A stretch of 64,000 bases of DNA from Neodothiora populina (Eukaryota), in NCBI RefSeq assembly GCF_041146345.1, contig NW_027191413.1:1984001-2048000 (forward strand). Direction: 5' to 3'. Below the pieces are notes generated by a model. That model did no database searches, was not told the origin of the DNA, and was given only the letters and a program-made list of their open reading frames with translations. A program made the translations under genes and the position numbers. Positions 25,017 through 38,321 of this stretch are shown here, in pieces. Positions within the stretch are counted from its first letter, which is position 1. Every line of letters starts with the position of its first letter.

Positions 25017-26573
25017 ATGGCGACGCCATCGGTAGACATTGCAACCCTGTCACAACAACAGCAGGAGGCACTGCAACAATTCACCGCCGTGACGGATCAA
25101 GAGGTCGCCAGTGCCATCACTCTCTTAGACAAATGCCAGTGGAATGTGCAGATTGCCATCACACGTTTCTTCGATGGCGATGCAGACACGGTCGACCCTG
25201 TCGCTGAAGCAGCGCGTGCCCCACCGCCGCAGAACTCGAGGCGGACAGAGACGTTGATGGACAGCATTCCCTTGTCGACCTTTCCCACCCATAGACCTGG
25301 AGTCCAGCCTGCCCCGCGTGTGGTTGCGACACCGGAGAGTCAGAGGGTCCAGCCTGCACCGCTGCTCTTCTCACTTCTGTTTCTGCCCTTCAACATCACA
25401 TACAACATCTTCAGCCGTGTCTTTGGCACCGTCGGCTACTTTTTCCCTATAATACCCCGTCTCCTACACCGACTATTCCCACGCCAATTGTCCCCATCTC
25501 GGAATACGGGAAGGCGACCGCTCAATCCTCGAGACACGGCATCACGCTTCATCGCCGAATGCAACGAGCAGTACGGAGCCAATCGAGAGACGATACCCTT
25601 TGTCGAAAGCGGATATGCGCAGGCGTTTGATGCAGCCAAACGGGATCTCAAATACTTACTGGTCATTTTGGTCTCGCCAGAGCACGATGACACCTCTCCC
25701 TTCTTCGGGGAAACACTGTTGGCGCCCGAGGTCACCAGCTTCTTCCGCAGTCACAAGGACGACATGATCATCTGGGGCGGAAGCGTACAGGACTCAGAAG
25801 CATATCAAGTAGCCAACAACTTCAACGTCACAAAATTCCCCTTCACAGGCCTCATCACTCACACACCCGCGTCGCCAACGTCAATGGCTTTTGCCGCACG
25901 GATTGCTGGCACAGAGAGCCCCGCAGCATTAATCAGCAAGCTCCAAGAAGGCATGCAACAACGAAGCGAAGAGCTCGAGAGACTGCGCCGACAGAGGCGG
26001 GAGCAAGAGGCGACGAGGTCGATGCGAGACGAGCAGAACAGCGCATACGAGAGGTCATTGGCACAAGACCGCGAACGAGCGAGACAGAGAAGGGAGGCCG
26101 AAGCCGCCAGAGAGCAAGCAGAGCGGGAAGCGAGAGAAAAAGCCGAAGCAGCAGCACAAAAGGCACGAAACGTCGCCGCCTGGAGATCGTGGAGAGCACA
26201 GTCCATCGCTGAAGAGCCCGCGGCAGACACCAAGGACGTGGTGCGCATCAGTCTGCGCATGCCCTCTGGCGACCGAGTGGTGCGAAGATTCGCCCCCGAT
26301 GCACAACTAGAAGAGCTGTATGCCGTAGTCGAGTGTTTCAACATACTCCAAAACGAAGCACCAAGCTCAGAGAAAGCAGCAGAAGCACCCGCCGGCTACG
26401 AACACGAGTACGAGTTCCAGCTGGTCTCGCCCATGCCGAGGGAAGTGTACGATCTGGAGAAAGGCGGCAGTATCGGTAGCCGCATCGGGCGAAGTGGGAA
26501 CCTGATTGTGGAGAGGCTTGTAGACGACGATGATGACGAGGATGGAGAAGGCGGCGAGGAAGCTACTGCATAG
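25017..26573 (+). CDS. UBA-UAS-coiled coil-UBX Cdc48 adaptor (FAF2/Ubx3-like)
   Basis: ALQQFTAVT..WNVQIAITRFFD UBA; hydrophobic hairpin; GYAQAFDAAK.DLKYLLVIL UAS; RDEQNSAYERSLAQD coil; RISLRMPSGDRVVRRF..SPMPR UBX. Confidence 0.9.
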   Translation: MATPSVDIATLSQQQQEALQQFTAVTDQEVASAITLLDKCQWNVQIAITRFFDGDADTVDPVAEAARAPPPQNSRRTETLMDSIPLSTFPTHRPGVQPAPRVVATPESQRVQPAPLLFSLLFLPFNITYNIFSRVFGTVGYFFPIIPRLLHRLFPRQLSPSRNTGRRPLNPRDTASRFIAECNEQYGANRETIPFVESGYAQAFDAAKRDLKYLLVILVSPEHDDTSPFFGETLLAPEVTSFFRSHKDDMIIWGGSVQDSEAYQVANNFNVTKFPFTGLITHTPASPTSMAFAARIAGTESPAALISKLQEGMQQRSEELERLRRQRREQEATRSMRDEQNSAYERSLAQDRERARQRREAEAAREQAEREAREKAEAAAQKARNVAAWRSWRAQSIAEEPAADTKDVVRISLRMPSGDRVVRRFAPDAQLEELYAVVECFNILQNEAPSSEKAAEAPAGYEHEYEFQLVSPMPREVYDLEKGGSIGSRIGRSGNLIVERLVDDDDDEDGEGGEEATA

Positions 26574-27768
26574 ATTCACATACCGGACAGAAAGACAGAG
26601 CGCAAGCCTGGGATCTTGTTATCGATATATATATATACCGTACCTTATTTTGTGAAGATATTACCTTTGCGTATCTCCTCTAGCCGCCGTGGACACGTGC
26701 ATTCACTAACCTTAAGGTCTGGTAGTAACCTTACACGGTGGATAAGGTATATAAGTGTTTTGGAAGGTAGGTAAAGTATGGTAAGGTAGGTACCTTACCT
26801 AACTACATCTCCGCAATGTGGGGAACAGAAGCTCGGACATACAAATAGTAGAAGTCAGTCACTCCCTACAGGTTACTGTACCTTACCTCAACCTCTAGGT
26901 ACCTGACCTAATTACCACCTTACCTTACCTTACCCTATGTACAACGCGAGCTTCCGAGACACCGATATCCCGAGCTACCGAGCCCCCCCATAACTACTTT
27001 ATACCTCACAGCTTAGATACTGTAGCTCTCAACAAAAAACGGCTATCCTATGCTCGGTTTGACAACGATGGTAACAAACGAGTATGTATGACGAAGATGA
27101 GTGGAAGTCAAGTTCTGGTCCACGTGCGGCTATTAGCAAAGGGGATATATTACGCACGGGACGTCTCATGAACGAGTGCCAAAGTAAAATAGATAGCGAA
27201 GAATTGGAACAGCTTCTTTTAAAAAGCTCCTGTTACGTTCTATAAGTGAGGTAAAGAGAGACTACAAACATGATCCGCGCGTGACACTCGAAAAACGAGT
27301 TGCCAGGGCGATCGAGAGGATGGGAAGCAGGTGTTGTTGTTCGGACATGCTCTTATGGCCATGTCGATAGATTGAATACTTGGTAACTGAGAAAAGGTCA
27401 AGGCCACTACGGCATGCAAAAGAGCAAAAGATGATACACCGATCCGAACTTTGATTTTTTGTGGGAAGAGAACAAAAAAAGAGAAAATGTGATGGAGAAG
27501 TTGTGCCATCGTAGCGGCCAAAGGTCCCCCAGAAATGAAGATGCAAAAGAAACAAATGCCTTTGAAAGGCGCCAACTACATGTCTCATTTTCCCCTGGAA
27601 GACAGTGGACAGAAAGAAATGTCCATTTTTCCATGCGTCTTTTCATTCTCAACCTCTTCACCGTCGCCAGGACGCCAGCGCTTTTTGACGGGGACCTTTT
27701 TTCTTTTTCGGGTTTTTGTGATTCTTCCTCTTTCTTCCTCCTGTAAGCCAGAAATGCAGGATATTTTT

Positions 27769-29048
27769 CTATCGGCTGACCTTCCTTGCGTTGGCTATTC
27801 TCGACTCGTATGCCTTCCATGCTCTTTGCCTGTATTCCTCTGCGGCAGCGAGCTTGTCGGCGGCGCCATAGATTCCTCGTCCGACGATGATGACGTCTGT
27901 GCCGGTCTCAATGACTTTTTCCGGGGTGTTGTACTGCTGGCCGAGGCCGTCTCCCGTAGAACCGATCTGCACCCCGGGAGTCATGGTGACAAAGTTGTCC
28001 TCGGGAAGCTCGTTCAACGAACGTTGTGAGATGAAGCCCATGACAAACTCAGGGAATTTCCTCGCCTCAACGACGCATTGTTCCGTATATGAGCCGGTCA
28101 TGAGGTTGCCAGCACTGCTCATCTCGGCAAGAAGCAATAGCGAGCGAAGCAGAGGTGGTTGGCCTAGGCGAGCAAAGGCTGCCGATTGGTTAGGCTCCTC
28201 GTGGCGACTAAGCACTGGCGAGCTGGGACAGCTGGTGTATGTTTGGGTGCTGGTCGGTTGCGGGCTGATGCTTTCCGTCTTGGTGCTGATGGTCGTGGAT
28301 ACAGAGACAACGCTGGGCTTGCGAGCATTGCGGTCGTCAAAGGTGCCGAATTCGTGGTAATCGTCCGGCTCTTCTTCGTCCTCTTCTGTAAAAGTACCCT
28401 CGCACCCTTCCTCGTCCACATCGTCGTCATCTTCGTATCTGCCTCCACGAGGAGAACGCGAGCCCTGATCGCTATCGTCGTTGTACGATACTGCAGGCGA
28501 GGCCGAGATGGATGTGGTGACTTGAGTGTTCAGAGCGTGCACGGCTCCGCTGGCTGCCTCGGACAGGGCACGAATGATGGCTGGTCCAGGGAAGATGTGC
28601 GCATTGACAATGTTCGCCCAGCGAATAATTTGTAGTGGGCCAGCAGTGAACTGCTTTTGTACGGTGCCTGCTTACTTATTAATCATGGTTTCAATTGGGG
28701 AAGCTTGATAGAAGAGGCAGACGCACTTCCGATGTCGCCAAATTTCCTGTCCTCGAAAACAAGGAATTTTTTCCTGCTGGCTACCTCTTTCAAGCCTTCA
28801 ATGGTGCGTGGTCCAAAGTCATTGATGATGTCGGCGTGAGTCTTGAGAAGACATATCGAGTCACCGACATCTTCGGCAAGCTGCAGTAGCTCGCGTGTCG
28901 TGTTGACATCAGCCGAGACGCAGAGGTTGGTCTTCTTTATCTCGATCAGTCGTAGGAGGTAGGCTGCCACGGGAGAAGTGTTGGGGAGCGAAGCGCGATC
29001 AAAGTACGACTGTGAGTACGTTGCGTGTTGTCTGGTAGTCGAAGACAT
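27769..29048 (-). CDS. URA3: Orotidine-5'-phosphate decarboxylase; intron ~28668-28726
   Basis: KKTNLCVSAD, LKTHAD, FEDRKFGDIG, LLLLAEMSSAGNL, TPGV..GDGLGQQY and DVIIVGRGI motifs. Confidence 0.97.
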
Positions 29049-31367
29049 GGTCGAAATTGGGGACGGGCGCGCCAGAGAATAATTTCAATTCCGAGTTTCC
29101 AAAAAGTCTATCTTAGCCAAAGATGGTTTGGTGGACGAGTAGCAATAAGTTACACAAAATGTGCTGCTTGCTATAAGGCTCTGAGAATTGTGGAAGCTTT
29201 GGGGTAAGAAAAGGAGGGCCCCAGACAGCAGCGGCGTTGATGGCGTTGGTTCAACGTTAAGAAGTAGCAAATAAGCCGGGCAGCCGAAAACACAGATTGA
29301 CGAATAGGTGAGGTGGGGGGGCGAAGCTACAGGTACTGTACTAGTAGTATGGTGGTTGATAGCAAGAGTGGAAGTACAGTAGTTGAGCAGTACTTGCTTG
29401 TCGTTGGTAGCACAAGTAGCAGGAGGTAGTCAAAGTATAATTTAGGGCAGTACTTGTATGTTGTGAGAACGAAAGCAAGAAGAAGCGAGAAGTATTTTTT
29501 CCCCCAAGATATGGTGGTCGAATTACAATATCCTCACCAGGAGCCAAGGTCAAGGGCTGCCTCTGTTATCAGGCGTGATAAGGCAAGGTACAGAGTGGGC
29601 GGCCTGCCGGCTGTTGATTGGATCTGCAGGGAGTGAATCACCGAGATTTTGAAGCAAATCACTAGTCAAATAATGTAACGACAGCCAGGAGCAAAGAGGG
29701 AGAATAAAAGTGTCAAAGGGGATGTTGTTATATTGCCCGTGACTTTTCCAGTATGAGTTGCCTAGCTTCCGCCGTTCACGCCAGAGAGGAGGAAGCGCCA
29801 AGTAATCCACTATTAGCAGCAGTGGTGGGGGGCCTGGGTCAGCAAACGGTACAAGTACAGGCAAACCAACAATGTTGGTTTCACTTTCGGTTCCAATGGT
29901 GATCCGATTGCAGGGCTTTGTCCTCTTCGTCCGGACTGACTTGGTCCAGTAGGCACAGTTCCGACGGCAGGCAGTGCTTGATATTAGTGCTTAGAGTAGT
30001 GCTTCTTGGTGGCTTAGGTAGGCTAAGGTACCTTTTTAGGGAATTGTAGAGGAGATTGTAAGGAGGCGGATCCGTCGTCTGTATAAGTATTGCTTGAGCC
30101 CACGAATAATGCATTTTCGCGCTCCGCCTTGCCTCTATTCGTATCGTACCTTATGTGACTGCGGTTGGTCATTGCGAGTGCGGCGCGCCGGACGCCCGTC
30201 TCCCTTGACGTTTCCTTGCCTCTGCCTTACCTCCCGCCATCGGCAGCATCTCCGCTTGCTTGTTCTACAGTAGCTCCAGATTATTGTTTGTTACATGTCT
30301 TGCTTTGTGACGCGACCACGTCGTACAGACAGATATACAGTAAATTACCCTGTATACAACAGCGTCCCGCATCCCTTCCCTGGCTACTTGTCCTGCAGCT
30401 AGCCGGTGAGCTGAATGCACTTGCGCATCAATGCAAATCTGCGCCTCGCCTGCTTTCCAGTGCTGTTCACGACCGCTTTTGGCGGCCGCGTAAGTGGGTC
30501 TGACAACTGGTCGATAGTGACTCTGCTTGACGACCAGGACTCGCTGGACTCACTGCCTCATGATGAGAAGGGGGAGCCACAATCTTTACCAATCCTTGTT
30601 TGATGTAAGCGGTCGAGTGCTACATATCACTATCTCTTTATCGAACGGCTTCAACGGATCAATTGCGCGGAGTATGCCGTGCGAGCAGCTACTTGTATGA
30701 GCAAGAACTAGGAGTTCACGCCATTCACCTGCGCGTAATCTTCTTGCCGAGGCTTCACCTTAGTTCTTCGACCTGTGATTTGCTCGAGGCGGCATCTCTA
30801 TACTACAGTACAGTACCGAACTTGTACCTTGACTCTTAATTGTTTGACGATCTGCGACTGTGGAGTCGCCTTCCTATTCGGTGCGACAGAAATCGTGATG
30901 TTGCATAGGCCCGTTGAACAGTCCCGGTAGACCTATGACCGCGTCTCCTTGCCTCTCTGCCTGTCCGATAACATCCGTGTCACGATACTGCATACAAGCA
31001 TATGCATCTCCTTCCTGTTACAACCACAATTTAATATATGGTCATGCGTGTGAAGCAAGATAACATTCGCCTGCTGTTCAATCGGATGTCCGCAGGCACT
31101 GCCGCGAAGACCGACAAGATCTTTCATGGGAAGCTTCGACATAAAATCATCATCCATAATCTGCTGCTGTTGCAGGGCAAACTGAAACTAATGTCGTGAC
31201 CCAGGCCGTTGGGTCGACACAATCGGTCGCCTGTTCGGCCGCTTTCACTATTGAAACGCGATACGTAAGAAACACCACAACATAGCTGGCAGCACACCGC
31301 TCCGGACTCCTGCTGCTATGAATCAATGACGATCGTCCTCGTCTTTTTCTCAAGGTCTCATTACTTC

Positions 31368-33507
31368 TCAAATGTTGATCTCCCCAACTTTTTGCTCGAT
31401 AGCAGCCTCGGTGGCAGGGTTGAGAGGCGCAGAGCCATACCTAGTAGAGACATATCAGTGCCAAGCTCAAAGGGTTGGGTATAACATGTGGGCAAAGATC
31501 ATGTACGGATGCACTTACCAGGCAATGGCGGCGAGACCAAGGAATGCTGCAATGCAGCTGAAGACCAAGGCGACGATGCCCTTAGCTTCGAAGCCGGCAG
31601 GCAGTCGTGGGACCGCCCTGTTTTCCCCCGTCAGATCGAGGAAGTCCTTCGTGTTACCCGCGGCGTTGCCTGCGGTGGGCACGCCAAGGGTTTTGCAGTT
31701 GTCGAGGTGGTCCTGAGGTAAGCTCAGCGACTTCTGGAGCTCGAGTGGAGCTTCAATCATGGTTGCGACGAGGCCGCTGTCCATGTGCCATTCGATGTGA
31801 CAGTGAAATAGCCAGACTCGTGCTGATGCTGTTAGTGACATGCTTTGTTGGTCAAGGGATCTAGCATAGACTTATCTGGGTTGTCAGCCTTGAAGCGGAC
31901 CACGAAGTTGCCATTGGGCCTGACCATGAGCGTATCTCTACGCATTGGGACGGCAGGGAAAGCAGAGTGGTTGTTGATATCGTAGTGACCAGCATCGTCC
32001 TCACTACGCGTGATCACCTGGAAGTTGTGTCCATGCAAATGGAAAGGATGTTTACCAGGATCATCGTTATTGAGGACAATCTCGACAATCTCATCTTTGT
32101 CCAGCACGAAGGCGTTGGTATCAGTACCATAGATCGCTGCATCAGTAGCATTCGATCCAGTGGTCAAGACCGAATACAGAGTAGGCACCTTCGGAGAGAC
32201 ATATGTGATGTCGTTGAAGAAAGCACTGCGACGCGTCAACATCATAAAAAATTTGTAGGATGCACGATCTCAGACTTACTAGTTGGCACCATCGCCAAGG
32301 TTGTCCATGGTAAGATCAAGTGTGATAGTGTAATCTGCTTGCTCATAAAGCTCTTCACCATCGACAGGAACAAGATTGAAGTCGTCGTAAGGATCGAACT
32401 CATCAATCACGACTGGTTCAGGAAGCGGCGCTGCCTTGTCGTACACGAGCCAACCAGTGACATTGTAGTTCAGAGTCGTCGGAAGGCTGTCGAAGAGATC
32501 CTGACATTGTCAGCACTTGCAATCGTAACATCGTCGGGACATACATACAGTGTCCATGCTACCAACCATAGCATAATTGGTATCGGTTTCATTCTTGGTC
32601 GTCACTAAGACACTGGCTCTCTGCGCACTGGTCAAGTAGATCATATCCGCCTCTGCGGCCTCGGTGAAAACGCCATCGACCTCGATGACCTGCATGGTAT
32701 GCCCTTCGATCCAGAAGTACTGTCCAGCGAAAGCTCCGACGTTAACCAGACGGAGCATGTACGTCTTGCCCGGCTCCACACCGAGGGTGAAGTTCTGGGT
32801 ATCATTCATCAGCGCAGCGTTGGGAACAGGCTCAGCACCGGTAGGGTTTGCAACACTAATGAATTGCTTCATCAACTCTGGCATTTGATCGTTGTACCAG
32901 TCGCTGAGTGTGATGACAAGCTCTTCATCATACTTGCCAACATACGGATCTTCGGGATCACTGAATTTGCTTTTAGCTCACAGGCGACACATGTCATGCT
33001 AGCGGAAAGACACACCTGATGATAAGAGCCTGGCGTAGACCGTCAGGATATTGGCTCCTAGTATGGCTGTGATACCAGTATGTGCCAGACTGATCCGCCT
33101 GTTGAATGTCAATATAACAGTCCCTATAAAATAGACATTTGAGCAGACCGTACCGTGAAATCGTAAGTGAAAGTAGAGTTGGGCGCGATGCCACACTGGG
33201 TCACACCTTGGGGACCGTCCATATCATTGGTTCCATTCTGGAAAAATCCATGCCAATGTATGCTCGTTGATTGATTGCCAAGTTGGTTGTGCACATTCGC
33301 GATGATACGGTCACCCTTGGTGAAGTTGAGCATTGGAAGCGGCCATTGGCCATTGATGCCAATCACTGGCCTTTCTTCTTGGCCACTGGGATTTGCAGTG
33401 ACCCATGTGATGTTCCAGTCATACGTGACGGTAGCAGCATTTGCTAGAAGGGTATTACAAGACAAGGTCAGAAAGGCCACCAAAAAATTGGACAATGAGA
33501 GAGCCAT
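31368..33507 (-). CDS. FET3: Multicopper ferroxidase Fet3/FetC (multi-exon)
   Basis: Signal peptide; [18 protein letters not shown] and HCHIEWH copper motifs; [10 protein letters not shown]-terminal [25 protein letters not shown]. Confidence 0.95.
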
Positions 33508-33906
33508 GATTGCTACACACAGTCGTTGCGAGTCGGGTTCCTACAAAAGTCGAGTGATCGTAAATGAGGGAGTGATACGATTGATAAGATTGAGTGATTG
33601 TGAAAATCAGATCCGTCCTTGCGACCACGGCAATGCTGTCGAGTCGTGAGAAAACGCCACCGTGAGACGGTAAAGTCTAATCAAGCCACCGCGAAATCGG
33701 GTGTAGGGCGGGTCGTATGATCTTATCAATTATCATGCTTTGGAAGGTCTTTCCTTTTTGCAGCGCGCGCTTGTGTATCGTACCACATGCACGGTATACA
33801 GCGGTTGAGGGCTGCGATTATCTTAGATGTAGACAACAATCGAGGATCTTCACACGTTCATTGGTGCAAGCTTCGCCTAGAACCGCCGAAAGCTTGAGTC
33901 TTTTTC

Positions 33907-33915
33907 ATCTGATAA
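33907..33915 (+). promoter_or_regulatory. SreA/Sre1 iron-responsive GATA site ATCTGATAA
   Basis: Exact ATCWGATAA consensus in the FET3-FTR1 divergent promoter. Confidence 0.75.
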
Positions 33916-34270
33916 GCCCCGCGTGAGAGGGTACTCGCTACGGCTAGCTGCATACGGTCTAGATCAGTATGCTCCGGTCTTCGTGTTCGCGCATCTAACG
34001 TTGTCATGAAACAACTATTTGCAATGGGAACTGGTAAGCTATCGGGGTGTTGGGAGGAGATCACTGTTGACTTTGTTAGTATAACTCTATAAAAGTTTTC
34101 CTCATGTGAATCCTCACAAATCCTCACATTTTTAAACGTCTAAACAGGGTCTTCGTGTCAAAGCTCCCTGATGCTAGGGAGGTGTGGATCTAGCCAGCGC
34201 TAGCAGACCAATACCGTTGTTTTAAAGCCGAAGATCGGCAGACCAACAGCTGTAGCCCGCTTGTTCGCTA

Positions 34271-34279
34271 TTATCAGAT
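34271..34279 (-). promoter_or_regulatory. Second SreA-type site (TTATCAGAT, reverse complement of ATCTGATAA)
   Basis: Exact consensus ~150 bp upstream of the FTR1 ATG. Confidence 0.75.
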
Positions 34280-34427
34280 CTTTTCCGCTTCGCTCCTCGT
34301 TGCTCACCTCGACTTTTATCATATCTGATCATCCTTGCCTCAGCTAGTTTACTTTTCGATTTATTCGTTCAGTGAATAGTCATTGACAGGGTAGCCTCAA
34401 TCGTTATAATTCCCTCGGGCAATCAAT

Positions 34428-35703
34428 ATGACTGTGAACGTTTTTGCCGTCCCTGGTACGCAAGCTGCGTTGTCTTTCCTCGTAAACATGGACCTAACTC
34501 CCTACAGTTTTCTTCATTTGCTTCAGGGAATGTCTTGAGACCAGCATCATCGTCTCGGTCCTTTTGGCATTCCTCAAGCAAACACTTGGTCCTGAGAGGG
34601 ATCCCGTGGTTTATAAGAAACTCGTGAAGCAGGTAAGAACAGAGTATGCCAGAGATGTAATACCCATTTATGCTGATTTCCTTGATAGGTATGGTGTGGT
34701 GTCGGACTTGGTTTGTTCATCTGTCTCGCAATTGGCGGTGGCATGATAGGAGCTTTCTATGGCTTCGGTAAGGACCATTTTGCTGCGACTGAGGACATCT
34801 GGGAGGGCAGCTTTGGCCTCGTAGCCACTCTCATCATTTCCGTGATGGGCGCAGCTCTCCTTCGAGTCTCCAAGCTGCAAGACAAGTGGCGTGTGAAGCT
34901 TGCCAGAGCATTGGAGGCCAAGACCTCGAACACTGGCACCGCTACTACGAAGCTGAAGCGTTGGGGTGAGAAATACGCCATGTTCCTCTTGCCATTCATC
35001 ACTGTTCTTCGTGAGGGCCTTGAGGCCGTCATCTTCATTGGAGGCGTGAGTCTTGGTTTGCCTGCTACCGCGTTTCCCCTTGCTGTCATCTGCGGCCTTG
35101 GTGCTGGCTGTCTGGTCGGGTATTTGATCTACCGGTAAGTGGAACCAAGTCCGGTCACCATGGACAAGTATACTCATGCATTACAGTGGAGGCAACCAAG
35201 CATCACTGCAGATGTTCCTCATCGTCTCGACATGTTTCCTGTATCTTGTCGCTGCAGGTCTGTTCTCCAAGGCCGTGTGGTATTTCGAAAACCATGCCTG
35301 GGGAAAGACCATCGGAGGTGATGCATCAGAGGTCGGTTCGGGTCCTGGATCCTACGATATTCGCAAGAGCGTCTGGCACGTTAACTGCTGTAACCCTGAA
35401 CTCAATGGTGGCGGTGGCTGGGGCATCTTCAACGCCATCTTTGGATGGACCAATTCCGCAACATATGGCTCCGTTCTGTCATACAATCTTTACTGGCTTG
35501 TGGTGATCATTTCATTTGTCACAATGCGCTACAAAGAAAACACAGGTCACCTGCCATTCCTGAAGTCATCGACCAAGGCCAAGAGTAGCGATAGCCACGG
35601 TATTGAGAGCAGACAGGACAGCGACAACGTGGAGACGCTGTTCAGCAAGAAAGAGGGAAGCGACGCTGGAGCAGCCACAGCTGTTAGAGAAGTCCAAGGT
35701 TGA
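34428..35703 (+). CDS. FTR1: High-affinity iron permease Ftr1/FtrA (4 exons)
   Basis: [20 protein letters not shown] and [18 protein letters not shown] motifs; [28 protein letters not shown]. Confidence 0.96.
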
Positions 35704-36456
35704 AGTGCGATGAAGTGATCAAAGGAGCGAAAGGAGGAGAGGTTCATGCTGGAACTTCTTCGTAACCATGAAACTCAGAGCCTTGACAAGGCGGCTAGCG
35801 GCTAGCAATCGCCACGAGAGCAGGGACTGACGATTGCGGGGAGAGAAGTGAAATCGGCGACTCACATCGCAGTAGTTTTATGATATAATCTGATGCTTAC
35901 GAAACGCACATACTCACTTTGGTATTGACTTACAGTAGAAGGTTCGAAGACGACCCCGCCACATAGCTTTTCTGTAATTAGAAGCTATAATTGCATGTTT
36001 CCACAGGATTGCACATCGAAGTAAGGTACTGTCAGCCAAGGCTTGGCCATGTGTCTGAGATGCTTGGTTCTAGAGGTGATGCGCTAGTCCATATCGCGTC
36101 GATTGCTACTATACGGGAATTACGGTCCTAAATCCGAAAGAATGTCTGACTGAAATTTGGAATCTTGGCAGAGTCATTTCGTCCCAAGCCGTCCTAGTCA
36201 TGACTCTAAAGCAGCTGGAGATGCCTGAGGTACTGTAAAGTAAATACTTCTATACCACCATAGATGACTTTACACATCTGCCGGGACGTAGGTGGTGCAT
36301 CTTGACCAATAAACAGCATATCCTTCTAAGTGCTCTCTGGTTCTGGTTGCTTCACCAACACATCTGCGCTCATCCATCTCCACCCTCCCCGGCATTGTTT
36401 CTCAATTTTGATCTTATACTGCGCCGAATCTATATATTCTCTTCACGGCTGCGAAT

Positions 36457-38321
36457 ATGCCACATGCAGCTTTGCCTTATGCAGGCTTCCAGGCCTTCAT
36501 TCTCTGCGGTCCCGGTCTGTCTCTCAACACATTTACCTCGAATCCGAAGGAATTTCCAAAGGCCCTGATCCCAATCGCAAATCGACCTATGGTATGGTAT
36601 CCTCTAGATTGGTGCTACCGTATGGGCGTGACAGGTGCGTAGGCGTGCTTGGGTGATTCTAGTTTGACTAAACCATCTGACCATTTGGTCGTGTCTGGCA
36701 GACATTACATTGATCACTCCCGCCGAGAGTGCAGCACCGCTAGAGACGGCTCTGGCCCAGAACCCGCACCTCACAGGCCTACCCGCACCACGCCCTGAAG
36801 TACTCGCTCCTAAAAGTCTTACTCAAACCACTGGAACTGGCGAGATCTTCCGACTGCCTGAAATCCAAAAGGCCATCACCTCGGACTTTGTGGTCCTACC
36901 TTGCGATCTGATTTGCGAGCTCGATGGCGCTGCCTTGCTGCAGTCATGGATGATATTGGAGGGCGGTCTTGGTGGCGCAACCGGTGGCATAGTCGACGGT
37001 ATGGCTGTGAATCCATCTTCGGGCGGCGAAAAGAGTGGCCGCAGAGGCGGACTGGGCGTGTGGTATCCGACCAAAGGCCTTGAAGGAGTGAGCACAAAAG
37101 GCGAAGAGACCGACTTCATCGCCACCACACCGTTGCCACCTTCTGCTGTGCCACCACCTGAAGGTTCCTTGCGCCCAGATGTGGAGAAGTTGGTTCTAAG
37201 TATCCCTACAAGTACTATGAAGGACATCACGGAGGAACAGAAGAGTTTTCCCGTAAGGCATGGATTACTAAAAAGACACGGCAGAATTAAGATGAAGACG
37301 AGTCACAGAGACGCACACATCTACTTCTTCCCCTATTGGATCAAGGAGATGATGAAGAAGAACGAGACCTTTGATTCTGTGGCAGAAGATGTGCTTGGTT
37401 GGTGGGCGAAAGCTGGTTGGCAAGACGGTCTTGCAGACAAGTTGGGACTACGAGACGTTCTGGAGGATGGGCATGCAACTCCAGATGCAGAAGACATGAT
37501 GATGGCAAGCAGCATGAATTTTGGGGAGGAAGAAGTCGATCTGGCTAGCATGAGCAGCACTTCCGTGCGACGCAAGTCTGCCAGCACTTCTATGCAAAAC
37601 CTGGACGCATTTGCTTCAAGAGTTCCAGAGTCGGCCAGACTGGAGGCAGAAACTGCATTGACTGTTCCTCCAATTTTGGCATACGTGCAACCAGCACAAT
37701 CAGAAACACAACCACAATCTCTCATCCGTCGTGTCGATACGTCAGCTCTATTACTGGCTATATCTTTGAGATTGGCAAAGTTGCCTTCCATCAATGAGGC
37801 ATCTTCGACGGGGGCATCACCTTCTGCCTTCGCACACCAGGCCAAAGTTGCTCATCCAGATATGATCGAGAAGCAATCACGAGTGACTGAGACAGACAGC
37901 TTGGTGGCAGAGAATGTCACCATACAGAGCAGAGTCAACATCAAGGAGTGTGTCATCGGCGTGGGTTGTACAATCGGCAGCGGCTCTCGCTTGACCAGAT
38001 GTCTTTTGATGGAAGGCGCAGTTGTTGGCGAAAATGTTACATTGACCGGTTGTATATTGGGAAGGAGGTGCAAAGTGGAGGGTAGTGGTTCTAAGGATGA
38101 TGATAAAACGCGGCTGACCGACTGCGAAGTCCAAGGTGGCTTCGTTGTTGAATGGGGCAGTAAGTACCAGACCTTTGACTTGCAACCACCACTGATATGC
38201 TGACACAATTACAGCTGAGGCGAAGAACGAAAAGTTTATGGTTTTCGAGGGCCTTAGTGACGACGAAGGCGGTATGGATATGGGAACGGATGAAGATGAT
38301 GCCGGATTCGATGACGCTTAA
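36457..38321 (+). CDS. GCD1: eIF2B gamma subunit; introns ~36635-36700 and 38160-38214
   Basis: GFQAFILCGPG..PKALIPIANRPMVWYPLDW, DFVVLPCDL, DAHIYFFP and left-handed beta-helix hexapeptides; last exon TEAKNEKFM. Confidence 0.93.
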
